A stretch of 44,086 bases of DNA from the IMG/VR virus record IMGVR_UViG_3300037461_000376, positions 1-44,086 of that record; one strand, 5' to 3'. The notes beneath the pieces were generated by a model. That model saw only the letters and a program-made list of their open reading frames with translations, was not told the origin of the DNA and did not search any database. The position numbers and the translations under genes are program-made. This DNA comes from a virus (lineage: Duplodnaviria > Caudoviricetes). This document shows, piece after piece, positions 30,383-40,497 of the stretch (its first letter is position 1; every line of letters begins with the position of its first letter).

Positions 30383-31693
30383 ATGGCAGTAGATCAAGGA
30401 GCATTAGATTGGGCAACATACCATTCAGGCGAGGGTGTAAGACCTGTCGGTTATCATGGTGAGGGTGGTGGAGGTGGAGGAGGAACTGATAGTAGTGGGC
30501 GTTCTACTGGCAGTATTGATATGTCTCAGGTTCCTTCAGTACAGGAATATATTAAAGGTCAATTCGCTTCAGAAGATCCTGCTCTTCTTGACTTAGTTAA
30601 ACAGATGCAATCCAGAGAAAAACCTCTTGATATTTACGGTAGGTTAGAAACTGAAGCAGGATTACCGGAACTTCGTAATACATCCAATACTCTTTCAAAA
30701 GAAATCTCATCCATAGAAGATTATTTAAGACAGATTGAACCGGATATATCAGCAAGAACTAGGGAAAGTATGGTAACGGAAGCCCAACGAAGAGGTATGG
30801 TAGCAGCCGGTAGAGAACCATTCTTGGAGAAACTGGATACTATGGGAACGGCTTTAGGAAGAATAACAAATAGAATTAGTGCAGCAGAACAGGGAATAGG
30901 AACTAAAGTTAATCTTGCTATGCAAGGTCAGCAGATGGATTTAGAACCGGCACAACTACGTTACGCTACAATGGTTGATCGTAATGCAAGATTGACTACC
31001 GGATTTACTGCAGATCGTCAGACTAAATTGGATGTGATGTTTGATAAACTTAATCGTGAAAGAACACTCTCAGATCAGGATTGGCAATTGGCAAATCAAC
31101 TGGCAAGTGAAGAAAGAAACTATATGAGAACCCTTCAAACAAGTGCAGCTAATGCCGGAATTACTTTAAGAGGAAATGAATCTACTAATGATATTTTATC
31201 TTTAATTGGAAGAACTGCAGCAGAAGAAAAAGCATATCAGAGATCAAAGTCATCTGGATCAGGTACAGTAGCGAGTAAAAAAGAAGCAGCAGCCTTAGTA
31301 GCCCTTAGAAAAGATGTTGCACAAGGTGTTAAATTTGAGGATCTTGTTAGAAGATATGGTGTCGGGGATGGAGCATTACCAACCTATCAGATCAGGGAAG
31401 AATATAACAATGGAGCACCGGCTACACAATGGGGATGGGGTCCAGCTACAGAACCCGAATCAACAGTCCAACAATGGGCATTAACACCAAAAGCAGGAAA
31501 TACAGAAACCTCAACAGCCAGAGAAAAAGTAGAAGGTATGGTAATTAATTCAATTATGAATAATACACCCAGAGAAGATATAGAAGCATATATAAGAAGT
31601 GAAGGTTTTGATCCGGCAAGTTTTGGTCAATTACAAGGATATGTTCCTAAACCAGTTGAGGAAGAAAAGAAAAAATTCTTGGGTATATTTTAA
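30383..31693 (+). CDS. Putative internal virion (ejection) protein
   Basis: Helical, Q/E/A-rich; follows the tail genes; TGtTATAAT-N6-ATG. Confidence 0.6.
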   Translation: MAVDQGALDWATYHSGEGVRPVGYHGEGGGGGGGTDSSGRSTGSIDMSQVPSVQEYIKGQFASEDPALLDLVKQMQSREKPLDIYGRLETEAGLPELRNTSNTLSKEISSIEDYLRQIEPDISARTRESMVTEAQRRGMVAAGREPFLEKLDTMGTALGRITNRISAAEQGIGTKVNLAMQGQQMDLEPAQLRYATMVDRNARLTTGFTADRQTKLDVMFDKLNRERTLSDQDWQLANQLASEERNYMRTLQTSAANAGITLRGNESTNDILSLIGRTAAEEKAYQRSKSSGSGTVASKKEAAALVALRKDVAQGVKFEDLVRRYGVGDGALPTYQIREEYNNGAPATQWGWGPATEPESTVQQWALTPKAGNTETSTAREKVEGMVINSIMNNTPREDIEAYIRSEGFDPASFGQLQGYVPKPVEEEKKKFLGIF

Positions 31694-31707
31694 ATATTGA
31701 ATATGAT

Positions 31708-32574
31708 ATGCAATTATTTTCTAACAATCAAAATAACCTTCAGAAACCGAAATCTTTTATAGATAAGTTTGGAGATTTATTTCAACCCCGGATGCGTTCT
31801 CCTATTCCTAATGATCCTATAGATAGGAGTTTTATGGATAAAATAAAAAATCTATTTATGGGGGAAAATGAATTAAATTGGTCTAAAGATTCTGGATATG
31901 TTCCTAATCCTACACCTACTCCTAATTTAGTTATGAAATGGGAAGATTTACCTGAAGGAGGAAGAAGAGGTACTTGGGTAGAACCTACTCCAACAGGTAA
32001 ACAACAACCTATAATTAAACCTACTATTACTCCAACTAATACTCCTAGTCCAACTATTACTCCTACTCCTACTGCGATACCGCCAGTATCAAGTTATAAA
32101 AGGATTGAACCTTATCCTATTGGACCAGAAACTCCAGATAGAAGTAAACTTTATCCTAAGTTACAAACAAAGGAAACGTATATTCAACCGGAAGTTTTTG
32201 ATGCAATTATGAAACACGTTAAGGGAGATTTAAAACAAAGATTAGCCCTTGCTACAGTTTATCAGGAATCAACCGGTGGTTTAAATCCTATTGGTGATAA
32301 TGGACAATCTTTTGGACCAGCCCATATTCAACCCGGAAATGCTCCTCCTATTCCCGGTTGGAGACAACCGACTAAAGCAGAAGCTATGGATCCGGAATAT
32401 ACAGCCAAGTACCTTAATGCTTTTATGGATTATAATGAATTGAATCTGCCTCCGGAAAAAGTTATGAGACGGTGGAATTTTAATTCAGGATACTTAAATA
32501 AAGGTCCGAAGTATGATGAAGATATACCAAGATTTGCAACTATGTCAGCATTAATTCGTTCAGATAAAAGATAA
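31708..32574 (+). CDS. Virion protein with lysozyme-like/transglycosylase domain
   Basis: ATVYQESTGGLNPIGDNGQSFGPAHIQ...AKYL...RWN; PT-rich linker. Confidence 0.7.
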   Translation: MQLFSNNQNNLQKPKSFIDKFGDLFQPRMRSPIPNDPIDRSFMDKIKNLFMGENELNWSKDSGYVPNPTPTPNLVMKWEDLPEGGRRGTWVEPTPTGKQQPIIKPTITPTNTPSPTITPTPTAIPPVSSYKRIEPYPIGPETPDRSKLYPKLQTKETYIQPEVFDAIMKHVKGDLKQRLALATVYQESTGGLNPIGDNGQSFGPAHIQPGNAPPIPGWRQPTKAEAMDPEYTAKYLNAFMDYNELNLPPEKVMRRWNFNSGYLNKGPKYDEDIPRFATMSALIRSDKR

Positions 32575-32583
32575 GGTTAATTT

Positions 32584-35500
32584 ATGGATTTTTTTAATTT
32601 ATTCAAACCGCAAGGTTTAACACCATTTCAAATAAAAGATTCTTCTGCCAGTTTATTTACTGAAAAGGAAAGAAAAAGAAAGGAAGAAGAGGAACGTAAA
32701 AGAAAAGAATTATTGTTAAAACAATCACAACAAGTACCTATACCAGTACCCACACCAGTACAAAAACCGGATAATGTTCCATTAACTACAACCATTAAAA
32801 ATATACCTTCTACTATAAAAAAGGTAGTTGAAAGTCCTATTCCGCAAGCGGTTATAAAACCGATTATTGATACTCTTAAACTGTCAGCTGCTATGGAGGC
32901 AAGAAATAGATTGCCATTATATAAAGCCATACCATTTTTGAATAAAGTGGGAGAACAACAGGAACAGGGAGTTAAACAGATTATTGCAAATGATCCTAGT
33001 CTCTTTGCTAATCCTCAATCAGAAGGTCCGGTTCTTCCTTCAGTTAAAGGAGTTGCCCAGAATATACGGACTCTTGGTACACTTAAAGGTCCATTAGGAG
33101 TAGCAATATCCGGAGGATTAATGATCCCGTTTAAAGGAGTAGAAAATATATTACAAGGTAAAAAGTTTGGGGATCAGGATTACCAGAAAACAATCGCAGA
33201 AGGGGTAGAATTTGGACAATTATTAGGTCCGTTATCTGAAGGAGCAGGTCTAATACTTAGACCATTCATCTCCAAAATAAATCCGCAGGAAATCAAAACT
33301 ATCTTTGATGTAGTAAAAAGATTAACTTCAAAAGCAATAACCGGTGGTACAGGAGGAGGAGCGTATGGGGCATTTGAACCTGCAGAAGATTTGGAAGAAC
33401 GGGTAAAGAATATAACTGATAATGCCATTATGTTTGCCTTATTTGATATGGGGATTGAGAGTACAACTTTAGCAGGTAAAGGTATATTTAATCATATAAA
33501 AGAATTTATTGCTATGGTTAAGAAAATGCCTCCTGCTGATAGAAAGAAATTCTTACAGGCAGGATTTATCGGTTTTGGTGAGGATAAACCGGAGTCAATG
33601 GAGTCATTAAATGAATTGTTTAAAAAAAGAGATGAGAAAAAAATAGGATCAACAATCCTTTCTCCTGAAGAAATTGCTGCTAAATATCCTAAAGAGAAAT
33701 TCGGGATTAAACTAAAAGTTTCAGATATACATACAATCATAAACGAACAACCTATCAATCCCAAGACGCTACAAAAAGCGGTTCAATATATGGATAAACT
33801 GACTTCAGCACATGATCCATCTATTTCAGTACCGGCTCTTAATTATGCCCAAAGAATGATTGGAGATAAGAAGTTAGATAAGTTAGTTGATACATACTTA
33901 GGTCAAAACTTATTCCGTTCAGGTACAAATGTCAGGGATTTCTGGGATCAGGTAAATAAGGAATTAGCCGTAAAAAAGAAACCTTCTGTTGCTTATTATT
34001 TACAGCAGGAAAAGGAATATGTAGATTTCTTAGCCACGCAAAAACCACCTATTGAAAATGATTTATTAAATAGAGCAAAGGTTATTGTAGAAAATGGAGG
34101 AACTTCTAATAAATTTGGTGATTTTAATGAAGTAGTTATAAAAAAGGTTCCTGAAAATCAGATTAGAAATAAAGGTATAGGAGATTATAAACTAACTAAA
34201 AATGGTGGTATTGAAATATTAGTATCAGATAAATTAAATGAAATAGAAGCTAAAAAAACAGCTATACATGAATTAGTAGAATCTGTTTTAGCAAAGAAAA
34301 AAAATATTTCATTTGAAAGTATAAATGAATTTGATAAAAAGAATATAAAAGCAGTAGAACCCGGAGAATTACCTAATGCTCCATATCATCAGGAACATAT
34401 AATAGCAAATAAAGCAGAAAATATTATTTCATCTGATATAAATAAAATTAAAATAGATATTACTAAACCTCCTGAACATATTATTAACCGTACTCCGGAT
34501 CCTAAATTATCTGTTGATGCAGATACTCAGGTAAAGTTTACTCAATCAGCTAAAGAAGTAATCAAGAAAGATCTTGATAGTGTAGTTAGTTATATGAACC
34601 AACATAACCTTGATCCTGTTACAGTCGGTAAAGTTTGGGATAAAGAAGTAAAAGCTCCTAATGAGTTTTACACCGAAGCTGTTAATCAATTAAAAAAGGT
34701 TTATGATCAGGTTTGGGATGTACGAAGGGTTAAAGGAAAAGTAGGTTTCACTCCTAAGATGCCTCATGTATTTCCTCAAGAGGTAGATGAATTGAGTCAA
34801 TTCTTTACTGAGCATACAAACTCTTCTCCGATTTTAGATACTTTAATGCAGGATCCACATAGATTATTAAGGACAGATAAAGGAAAAGGTTATCTTGAAA
34901 ATCCTGTTGAAGCTGTATTGGAATCAGGTACAAGGGCATTTCAGGATTATTATAGACCCTTAACTAAGAACCAAAAAACAATTATAGACCATGTTGGTAA
35001 ACTTGAGGATAATAAAGCGATAGATTATGTTAATTTACTGGCTGAAGAACCCCCACTTAAAACTGTTAATGCGGAATTGAAAGCATTACTTCCTGCACTT
35101 TCATTAGATACACCTTCTATAAAACCTAAGACTTGGAAGATAACCGGAGGATGGAGTCCTATAAGACAACGCTATTTAGTCTTTGAAAAAATAGGTGGGG
35201 AAATTGCAGACCGTTATAAAAAAGTTGTAGAAAGTATAGATTTTATTCCTAAGATAAAGAAAGATTTGGAGAAGTTTATTAAAGCAAATGATTCAGAATC
35301 AGTCTTAAAATATTTTATTAAGGAACTTGAACCTAAAAACCTAGATCAATTTATATCCGGATCCAGAAAATATATATCTCAACGGGGATTGGAACCTTAT
35401 ACTTGGAAAGTATTTGATCTTCAAAGAAAAAGATCATTACAGGAACTTATGGATACAGTAAAGAAATATAACTTCGCTGATCCTAAAGTTAAAAGAGTAG

Positions 35501-36714
35501 TCAATCAATTCATAGACGATAATCTAAAAGCGGAGAAAGCAAAAAGAAATCTTTTTGATACGTTTTTTAATACCGCTAACCGGATGTTTTCCCTTGCCCA
35601 GATAGCCGGAAACATTAAAGTTGCAGCCGTACAGGTATTGGATTTATTCAGATTACCGGCTAATTATAGCAGTCGTGATGCTCTTTCCGGATTTGCCAAT
35701 GCTTTTAAAAGAGCAAGAAGTATAGAAAGACAATATGGTTTGGAGAAGTCTACTCTTGTATATAAACAACAAAGTCCAATGGGTAAGATGTTTGAGGTAA
35801 GTATGAAACTTCCGGAGACTTTATATGGTCCGATTAAGGCTACGGAATCATTTAAAAATAGAGTATTCTTAGGAGCAGCCGAATCCAAAGGAAAACGGAT
35901 GGGATTGGAAGGAAAAGCATTAACCAGATATGTTAGAGATGAAATGTTCAAAAGAGCTAATATTGCCCATACGGAAAATACTCCATTATTCCTTAAAGAT
36001 AGTGCCTTAAACAGATCTCTTGCACAATATTCTCAATTTGCTCTCAAGAATTTAGTAGAATTTACGGATGCGGTAGCAGAAAAAGAAGGAATAAAAGCAG
36101 TTAAATTAGCCTTAGCAAATATAACAGGAGCTTTAACAGTTGCAGTAGCTTTAGGTTATCCATTAAAGTATGCATTTCAGGGAATATTACCGGTAGGACT
36201 TGGACCATTATGGACTATACCCTTTGAGTTGGTGCAACAGATACAGGAAATGAATGAAAATAAAGAACTAGGAAGATCTATAGCATATAATCAACAACGG
36301 ATTAAACAATTACTTCAATCATCTCTTGTTCCTGCAGGAGTACAATACGGAAAAACTAAAGGAATGATTGATGTTATGAAAAAAGGATATGCAGATACAG
36401 CTTCAGGTTTGGTTAAATATCCAGCCCCGGAAGATTCTCTTAGTATCTGGAAAGGTCTTTTATTTGGTAAAAGCACTATAAAATTAGAGAGAGAATATGA
36501 TAAATCTAAAGGAACTCCATTAGGTAAAAACCAGTCAACACTTTTTAAATCTTTATCCCGTAAAGAAAGGAAAAAATATTTTGATGCAGTTATGAAAAAG
36601 CGTAAGAAAGATCGTGAAGAAACTCTTAAAAAGGAATCAGGTAAACTATTTGATAAAGCTGCATTTGAAAAAAGATTTGGATCAACTAACTATAAAGAGA
36701 GATTAGGGTTTTAA
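32584..36714 (+). CDS. Large internal virion (ejection) protein
   Basis: 1376 aa; Gly/Ala-rich N-terminal helices; helical C-terminus; position typical of podovirus ejection proteins. Confidence 0.65.
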   Translation: MDFFNLFKPQGLTPFQIKDSSASLFTEKERKRKEEEERKRKELLLKQSQQVPIPVPTPVQKPDNVPLTTTIKNIPSTIKKVVESPIPQAVIKPIIDTLKLSAAMEARNRLPLYKAIPFLNKVGEQQEQGVKQIIANDPSLFANPQSEGPVLPSVKGVAQNIRTLGTLKGPLGVAISGGLMIPFKGVENILQGKKFGDQDYQKTIAEGVEFGQLLGPLSEGAGLILRPFISKINPQEIKTIFDVVKRLTSKAITGGTGGGAYGAFEPAEDLEERVKNITDNAIMFALFDMGIESTTLAGKGIFNHIKEFIAMVKKMPPADRKKFLQAGFIGFGEDKPESMESLNELFKKRDEKKIGSTILSPEEIAAKYPKEKFGIKLKVSDIHTIINEQPINPKTLQKAVQYMDKLTSAHDPSISVPALNYAQRMIGDKKLDKLVDTYLGQNLFRSGTNVRDFWDQVNKELAVKKKPSVAYYLQQEKEYVDFLATQKPPIENDLLNRAKVIVENGGTSNKFGDFNEVVIKKVPENQIRNKGIGDYKLTKNGGIEILVSDKLNEIEAKKTAIHELVESVLAKKKNISFESINEFDKKNIKAVEPGELPNAPYHQEHIIANKAENIISSDINKIKIDITKPPEHIINRTPDPKLSVDADTQVKFTQSAKEVIKKDLDSVVSYMNQHNLDPVTVGKVWDKEVKAPNEFYTEAVNQLKKVYDQVWDVRRVKGKVGFTPKMPHVFPQEVDELSQFFTEHTNSSPILDTLMQDPHRLLRTDKGKGYLENPVEAVLESGTRAFQDYYRPLTKNQKTIIDHVGKLEDNKAIDYVNLLAEEPPLKTVNAELKALLPALSLDTPSIKPKTWKITGGWSPIRQRYLVFEKIGGEIADRYKKVVESIDFIPKIKKDLEKFIKANDSESVLKYFIKELEPKNLDQFISGSRKYISQRGLEPYTWKVFDLQRKRSLQELMDTVKKYNFADPKVKRVVNQFIDDNLKAEKAKRNLFDTFFNTANRMFSLAQIAGNIKVAAVQVLDLFRLPANYSSRDALSGFANAFKRARSIERQYGLEKSTLVYKQQSPMGKMFEVSMKLPETLYGPIKATESFKNRVFLGAAESKGKRMGLEGKALTRYVRDEMFKRANIAHTENTPLFLKDSALNRSLAQYSQFALKNLVEFTDAVAEKEGIKAVKLALANITGALTVAVALGYPLKYAFQGILPVGLGPLWTIPFELVQQIQEMNENKELGRSIAYNQQRIKQLLQSSLVPAGVQYGKTKGMIDVMKKGYADTASGLVKYPAPEDSLSIWKGLLFGKSTIKLEREYDKSKGTPLGKNQSTLFKSLSRKERKKYFDAVMKKRKKDREETLKKESGKLFDKAAFEKRFGSTNYKERLGF

Positions 36715-36736
36715 TATTTATGTTATAATAATCTAT

Positions 36737-36958
36737 ATGGAACCAACAGGTGCATTAATGGAAGCATTTCAGCGTAGACAAGGAGGAATGTCTATAGGTC
36801 AACCTCCTCCTCAACTTCCAGCTCAGGAACAGGGTTTACCTCAATCTATGTCTCAAGGAGGTATAGATCAGCTTAAAAAGTCAGCCCCCGGAGAAGCAGA
36901 AATCATTATTAAAGCCCTAATCCAACGATTAAAAAGTCTTGGTGAAAGGGGCGAATGA
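36737..36958 (+). CDS. Small Q/P-rich protein
   Basis: TGtTATAAT-N7-ATG; ATGA-coupled to the amidase. Confidence 0.65.
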   Translation: MEPTGALMEAFQRRQGGMSIGQPPPQLPAQEQGLPQSMSQGGIDQLKKSAPGEAEIIIKALIQRLKSLGERGE

Positions 36959-37680
36959 GAAAGGTATTACTTCAGTCCGGTCATCAGAATACTACTTCTG
37001 GTGCAACAGGTGCTCCGGGTGAAATGCAAACCAATATCCGCTTCAGAGATAAACTATCTTCAGTTTTAATCAGTAAAGGTTTTCAATTATTCTTAGCAGA
37101 TGCTAATTATGTAGGTAAAGAAGATTTTGATTTGGCTTTATCAATTCATTGTGATGCCGATATTTATGGAACCGGAGGAGGATTTGTAGATTATCCGGAT
37201 CCTTCAGTTGATTTTAGTAATACTGAAAGTAAAAGAATAAAAGAGGCGATTGAAAGTGAATACTTTAAACATTCAGGTATAGTCAATCATCCGGAACGAA
37301 GTAATGCCAATACTAAATTTTATTATTGGTGGAGTATGCTTACTGCTAAAACTCCTTGTGTGATTATAGAAACCTGTGTAATACAAGATGCCCATGATAA
37401 AGTATTGGCAGCAGATCCGGATATAATTCCTAATGCTATGGCTAGAGGGATATGTAAAGCATTTAATGTAGCTTTTGATCCTGTTCCTCCTCAACCGCCT
37501 GAACCGCCCTCTCAACCTCCTCCCCAACCTCCTCAACCGCCTGATGAGCCTCCTGTGCAACCGCCTGAATCTTGTGTATGTCCACAAGTAAAAGAAATCG
37601 TCTGGGATAAATGGACATGGATAGGATCTAAAGGATGGAAAGCAAGAAGAGAACAATTAAAATCTCTTTTACCCAAATAA
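36955..37680 (+). CDS. Endolysin, N-acetylmuramoyl-L-alanine amidase (Amidase_3-like)
   Basis: VLLQSGH...GE...LSIHCD...PCVIIE Zn/catalytic motifs; Pro-rich linker. Confidence 0.85.
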   Translation: MRKVLLQSGHQNTTSGATGAPGEMQTNIRFRDKLSSVLISKGFQLFLADANYVGKEDFDLALSIHCDADIYGTGGGFVDYPDPSVDFSNTESKRIKEAIESEYFKHSGIVNHPERSNANTKFYYWWSMLTAKTPCVIIETCVIQDAHDKVLAADPDIIPNAMARGICKAFNVAFDPVPPQPPEPPSQPPPQPPQPPDEPPVQPPESCVCPQVKEIVWDKWTWIGSKGWKARREQLKSLLPK

Positions 37681-37683
37681 ATT

Positions 37684-38058
37684 ATGGATAAAAATATAAA
37701 GAAACTAATTCTTAATTTTATTAAAAGTGAAGTAGGAGATCTAACTAATGAGTTAAAAACCAGATTTAAACCATTAGAAACTAAATTAAATATTATGCAG
37801 GAAAGTAACGATATAGTGGCAGAACAAATTGCAGAAGATCGTAAAGATATTAACCAGTTAAAGATTGATGTATCTAATATGACTGCCCAGATGAAAGTTA
37901 TAATAGATAATCAGAACCATATGGAAGATCGTATGGTAGATGTTATAAGAGAAGCCTCCGGACATATACCAAAAGATGTAAAGAAATCAGTAGATCAGAT
38001 ATTTGAGAAGAAATCATGGGTAACAATATTTATGGAGAAATTTTATAAAAAGAAATAA
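37684..38058 (+). CDS. Coiled-coil hypothetical protein
   Basis: Heptad pattern, within the lysis region. Confidence 0.65.
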   Translation: MDKNIKKLILNFIKSEVGDLTNELKTRFKPLETKLNIMQESNDIVAEQIAEDRKDINQLKIDVSNMTAQMKVIIDNQNHMEDRMVDVIREASGHIPKDVKKSVDQIFEKKSWVTIFMEKFYKKK

Positions 38059-38070
38059 GAGGGTAGTTAA

Positions 38071-38298
38071 ATGAATAAATATGGTGAAGATGTTGCGGTT
38101 ATTAAAGAGTCGCTTAAAAACATTGAAGGCACTATTAAGGAAATTAAAGGTTTTATACAAGATTGTGATAAACGTATAACTGTAGTAGAAATTAAACAGG
38201 AAGGAACAACTTCAAAATTAGGTATATTAGCAGCATTTCAAATGGGATTCAGTATAATTTCTGCCGCTATTGCCGGATATTTAGGAACAAATAAATGA
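38071..38298 (+). CDS. Coiled-coil plus C-terminal TM protein (XhlA-like)
   Basis: RITVVE followed by a hydrophobic C-terminus. Confidence 0.6.
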   Translation: MNKYGEDVAVIKESLKNIEGTIKEIKGFIQDCDKRITVVEIKQEGTTSKLGILAAFQMGFSIISAAIAGYLGTNK

Positions 38299-38582
38299 AA
38301 CACTTTACCTTATATTTATTAGACTATATACGAATATTAAGTTATGCCGTTGTTATCTATACTTCAATTTTTCTTTTTAAACGATTAACAATTTATGTTA
38401 AATTATTATTATTTTCGGATATTATTATGGCTTTAGCTTTATTATTTGGAAGATTACATACACTTTTTATAGGTTATAGGGTAGATTGGATACAAACTAT
38501 TATCTTAACTATTGCAGCTCCTTTATGGGCAATTCTCCATATTATTGTATTTACTAAAGAATTAACTAAGGTGGTGAAATAA
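38295..38582 (+). CDS. Three-TM membrane protein
   Basis: Three hydrophobic segments; ATGA coupling. Confidence 0.65.
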   Translation: MKHFTLYLLDYIRILSYAVVIYTSIFLFKRLTIYVKLLLFSDIIMALALLFGRLHTLFIGYRVDWIQTIILTIAAPLWAILHIIVFTKELTKVVK

Positions 38583-38584
38583 AA

Positions 38585-38827
38585 ATGGATTTATCATCAG
38601 CCACATTTATAGGTCTAATGACTCTAGGTATTGTCAATGTAGTTACTTTCTTTAAACCGGATCTGGATTCTAAAGTTAAATTTGCCTTATCAGTTGTAGC
38701 AGCTTTTGCTTTAACTTTTGTTCCTGCTGAATTAGGAAGTGTAATATTGGAAAAAGCCAAAGTTGCCCTTGAAATTGCATTTGCTGCATCCGGTACATAT
38801 AAGCTGGCTACTAAAATAGGTGGATAA
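38585..38827 (+). CDS. Putative holin
   Basis: 80 aa, 2-3 TM segments, AASGTYK near the C-terminus. Confidence 0.7.
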   Translation: MDLSSATFIGLMTLGIVNVVTFFKPDLDSKVKFALSVVAAFALTFVPAELGSVILEKAKVALEIAFAASGTYKLATKIGG

Positions 38828-38832
38828 GAAAC

Positions 38833-38861
38833 TTGACATTTCTTTAATAAAATTATATAGT
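38833..38861 (+). promoter_or_regulatory. Sigma70-type promoter
   Basis: TTGACA-N17-TATAGT. Confidence 0.8.
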
Positions 38862-38873
38862 TAATTAACTTAA

Positions 38874-38945
38874 TCAGCTTCAGGAAATCCGTTTTCTCAT
38901 CGGCTTTATGCCTGAAGCTGAGCCGAGTAGAAAGCGGATTTTTTT
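38874..38945 (+). promoter_or_regulatory. Structured leader with alternative/pseudoknot pairing and U-tract
   Basis: 38874-38884 pairs with 38911-38921; 38885-38905 pairs with 38921-38941; T7 directly before ATG. Confidence 0.75.
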
Positions 38946-39107
38946 ATGGAGACACTACAATTATCAAAAGACGATATAGAAACACTTCTAACATTCCTTA
39001 CTTATTGTGAACATTATCATCCCTATTATAAAAAAGATGCTAAAAGAATCTTTTGGTTAATAATGAATCAACAACAGACATTATTTAATAAAACAGGTGG
39101 GATTTAA
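38946..39107 (+). CDS. 53-aa hypothetical protein (not in track)
   Basis: METLQLSKDDIETLLTFLTYCEHYHPYYKKDAKRIFWLIMNQQQTLFNKTGGI. Confidence 0.55.
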   Translation: METLQLSKDDIETLLTFLTYCEHYHPYYKKDAKRIFWLIMNQQQTLFNKTGGI

Positions 39108-39356
39108 ATTCGGTGTACCTGTATAAAAAAGTACCGGAGCAATACCTGATGTTATTTAGACAGCAATCTAAATTGGCTGACGGAAATGTATAAAAGATCC
39201 AACAACTCAACTTACCAAGTCGGATCTCCTCCGAGAACCGGAGCTGATAGGGAAAGTGAGGCAATCGGACAAACCGGAAAAATTGCCGAAAATAAAATCT
39301 TCTTTTAGGGGATACTACCATTCTTGTGGCTTCTGGAAATATATCATATTATCTTC

Positions 39357-39385
39357 TTGACATTACATAAGTATTATGAAATAAT
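39357..39385 (+). promoter_or_regulatory. Promoter with palindromic operator, probably leaderless
   Basis: TTGACA-N17-AATAAT-N6-ATG(39392); operator TTACATAA-gta-TTATGAAA 39363-39381. Confidence 0.75.
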
Positions 39386-39391
39386 TGTTAT

Positions 39392-40102
39392 ATGAATCAA
39401 GAGCCAATGAGCCATAAAGCTAATAAGAACGATCAGGATAAAAGAAAAGATAGACGTGGAGGATTCTACTTCAAAGACAACAATTCCTATGTATCAGTAA
39501 CTACAGTTCCTAAGATAATTGATAAACCTGCAATCAGATACTGGTATGGCAGAGAAATATATTTAGCTATGGTTGTTAATCCTTATTTAAACGAACAGGA
39601 AGCTATGGCTGTACCATATAAGGTTTCAGATAAAGCAAAAGATAGGGGATCTACAATTCATTCTTTAGTTGAAGCATATAAGAAATCCGGTGCGGTTATT
39701 GAAACTTTACCTTCTCATTTAATAGGTTATGCTAAGGCTTTTTATTCTTGGATTAATTCTAATGAGATTAATATTAAAGATAGTGAAAAAACGGTTTTCA
39801 ATGAAGATTATATGTATGCCGGTACTCTTGATTTATTGGCTGATGTTAATGGAATAGAGTATTTAATTGATATAAAAACGGGCAAAGATATTTATCCGGA
39901 AGCTATCTTGCAGTTATCTGCTTATAATGAAGCTCTAGGAGGAAAACGGAAATTAGGAGTTTTACTGTTAAAAGAAGATGGTGGATATAAATTTGAGACA
40001 GTTGAACCCGATTTTGAATCATTCCTGCATTGTAAAGCCTTATGGGAATGGGCAAATAAAGATTTAATATTAAAAATTGGTTACAAAGGAGGTAAAAAAT
40101 GA
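39392..40102 (+). CDS. PD-(D/E)XK-family exonuclease
   Basis: SVTT, RGSTIH..E, YAGTLD, LIDIKT, LQLSAY. Confidence 0.88.
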   Translation: MNQEPMSHKANKNDQDKRKDRRGGFYFKDNNSYVSVTTVPKIIDKPAIRYWYGREIYLAMVVNPYLNEQEAMAVPYKVSDKAKDRGSTIHSLVEAYKKSGAVIETLPSHLIGYAKAFYSWINSNEINIKDSEKTVFNEDYMYAGTLDLLADVNGIEYLIDIKTGKDIYPEAILQLSAYNEALGGKRKLGVLLLKEDGGYKFETVEPDFESFLHCKALWEWANKDLILKIGYKGGKK

Positions 40103-40497
40103 CAGAAAATACTTGGAAAAAAGTCGTATTAGGAAATACTTGGGATTTTAAAGCTGCTGGTAAGGGAGCAGAGTTTGTTGGTATTTATTTAAGTAAGGAT
40201 GAACACGTTGGAGAAAATGATTCCAATGTTTATAATTTTGAAGTTAAAAACGGAGAAATTATGGGAGTTTGGGGATCTACGATCTTAGACGTTAGGTTTA
40301 AAAACCTCAAGTTTGGAGAAGAGGTTAAGATTGTTTATCTTGGTCTTGAACAGAGCGAAAAACGCAAGGGTAAAACCTATCATAATTTTAATGTGTTCCA
40401 TAGAGAACCTGAATTTAAAAAAACGGAGGAAGTAAAACCTGAAGATTTTAATATGCCTCCTGAACATGGAGAATATGAAGGAGAAATAAATGAATGA
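40099..40497 (+). CDS. Putative single-stranded DNA-binding protein
   Basis: Beta-rich OB-like core (VWGSTILD, VKIVYLG), acidic tail, coupled to the exonuclease. Confidence 0.6.
   Translation: MTENTWKKVVLGNTWDFKAAGKGAEFVGIYLSKDEHVGENDSNVYNFEVKNGEIMGVWGSTILDVRFKNLKFGEEVKIVYLGLEQSEKRKGKTYHNFNVFHREPEFKKTEEVKPEDFNMPPEHGEYEGEINE

Noticed and set aside
37480-37570. CCT/CAA low-complexity repeat
   Set aside because: Ordinary Pro-rich linker of the endolysin.
39140-39260. Hammerhead ribozyme (CTGA...GAAA)
   Set aside because: No CUGANGA core with properly arranged stems.
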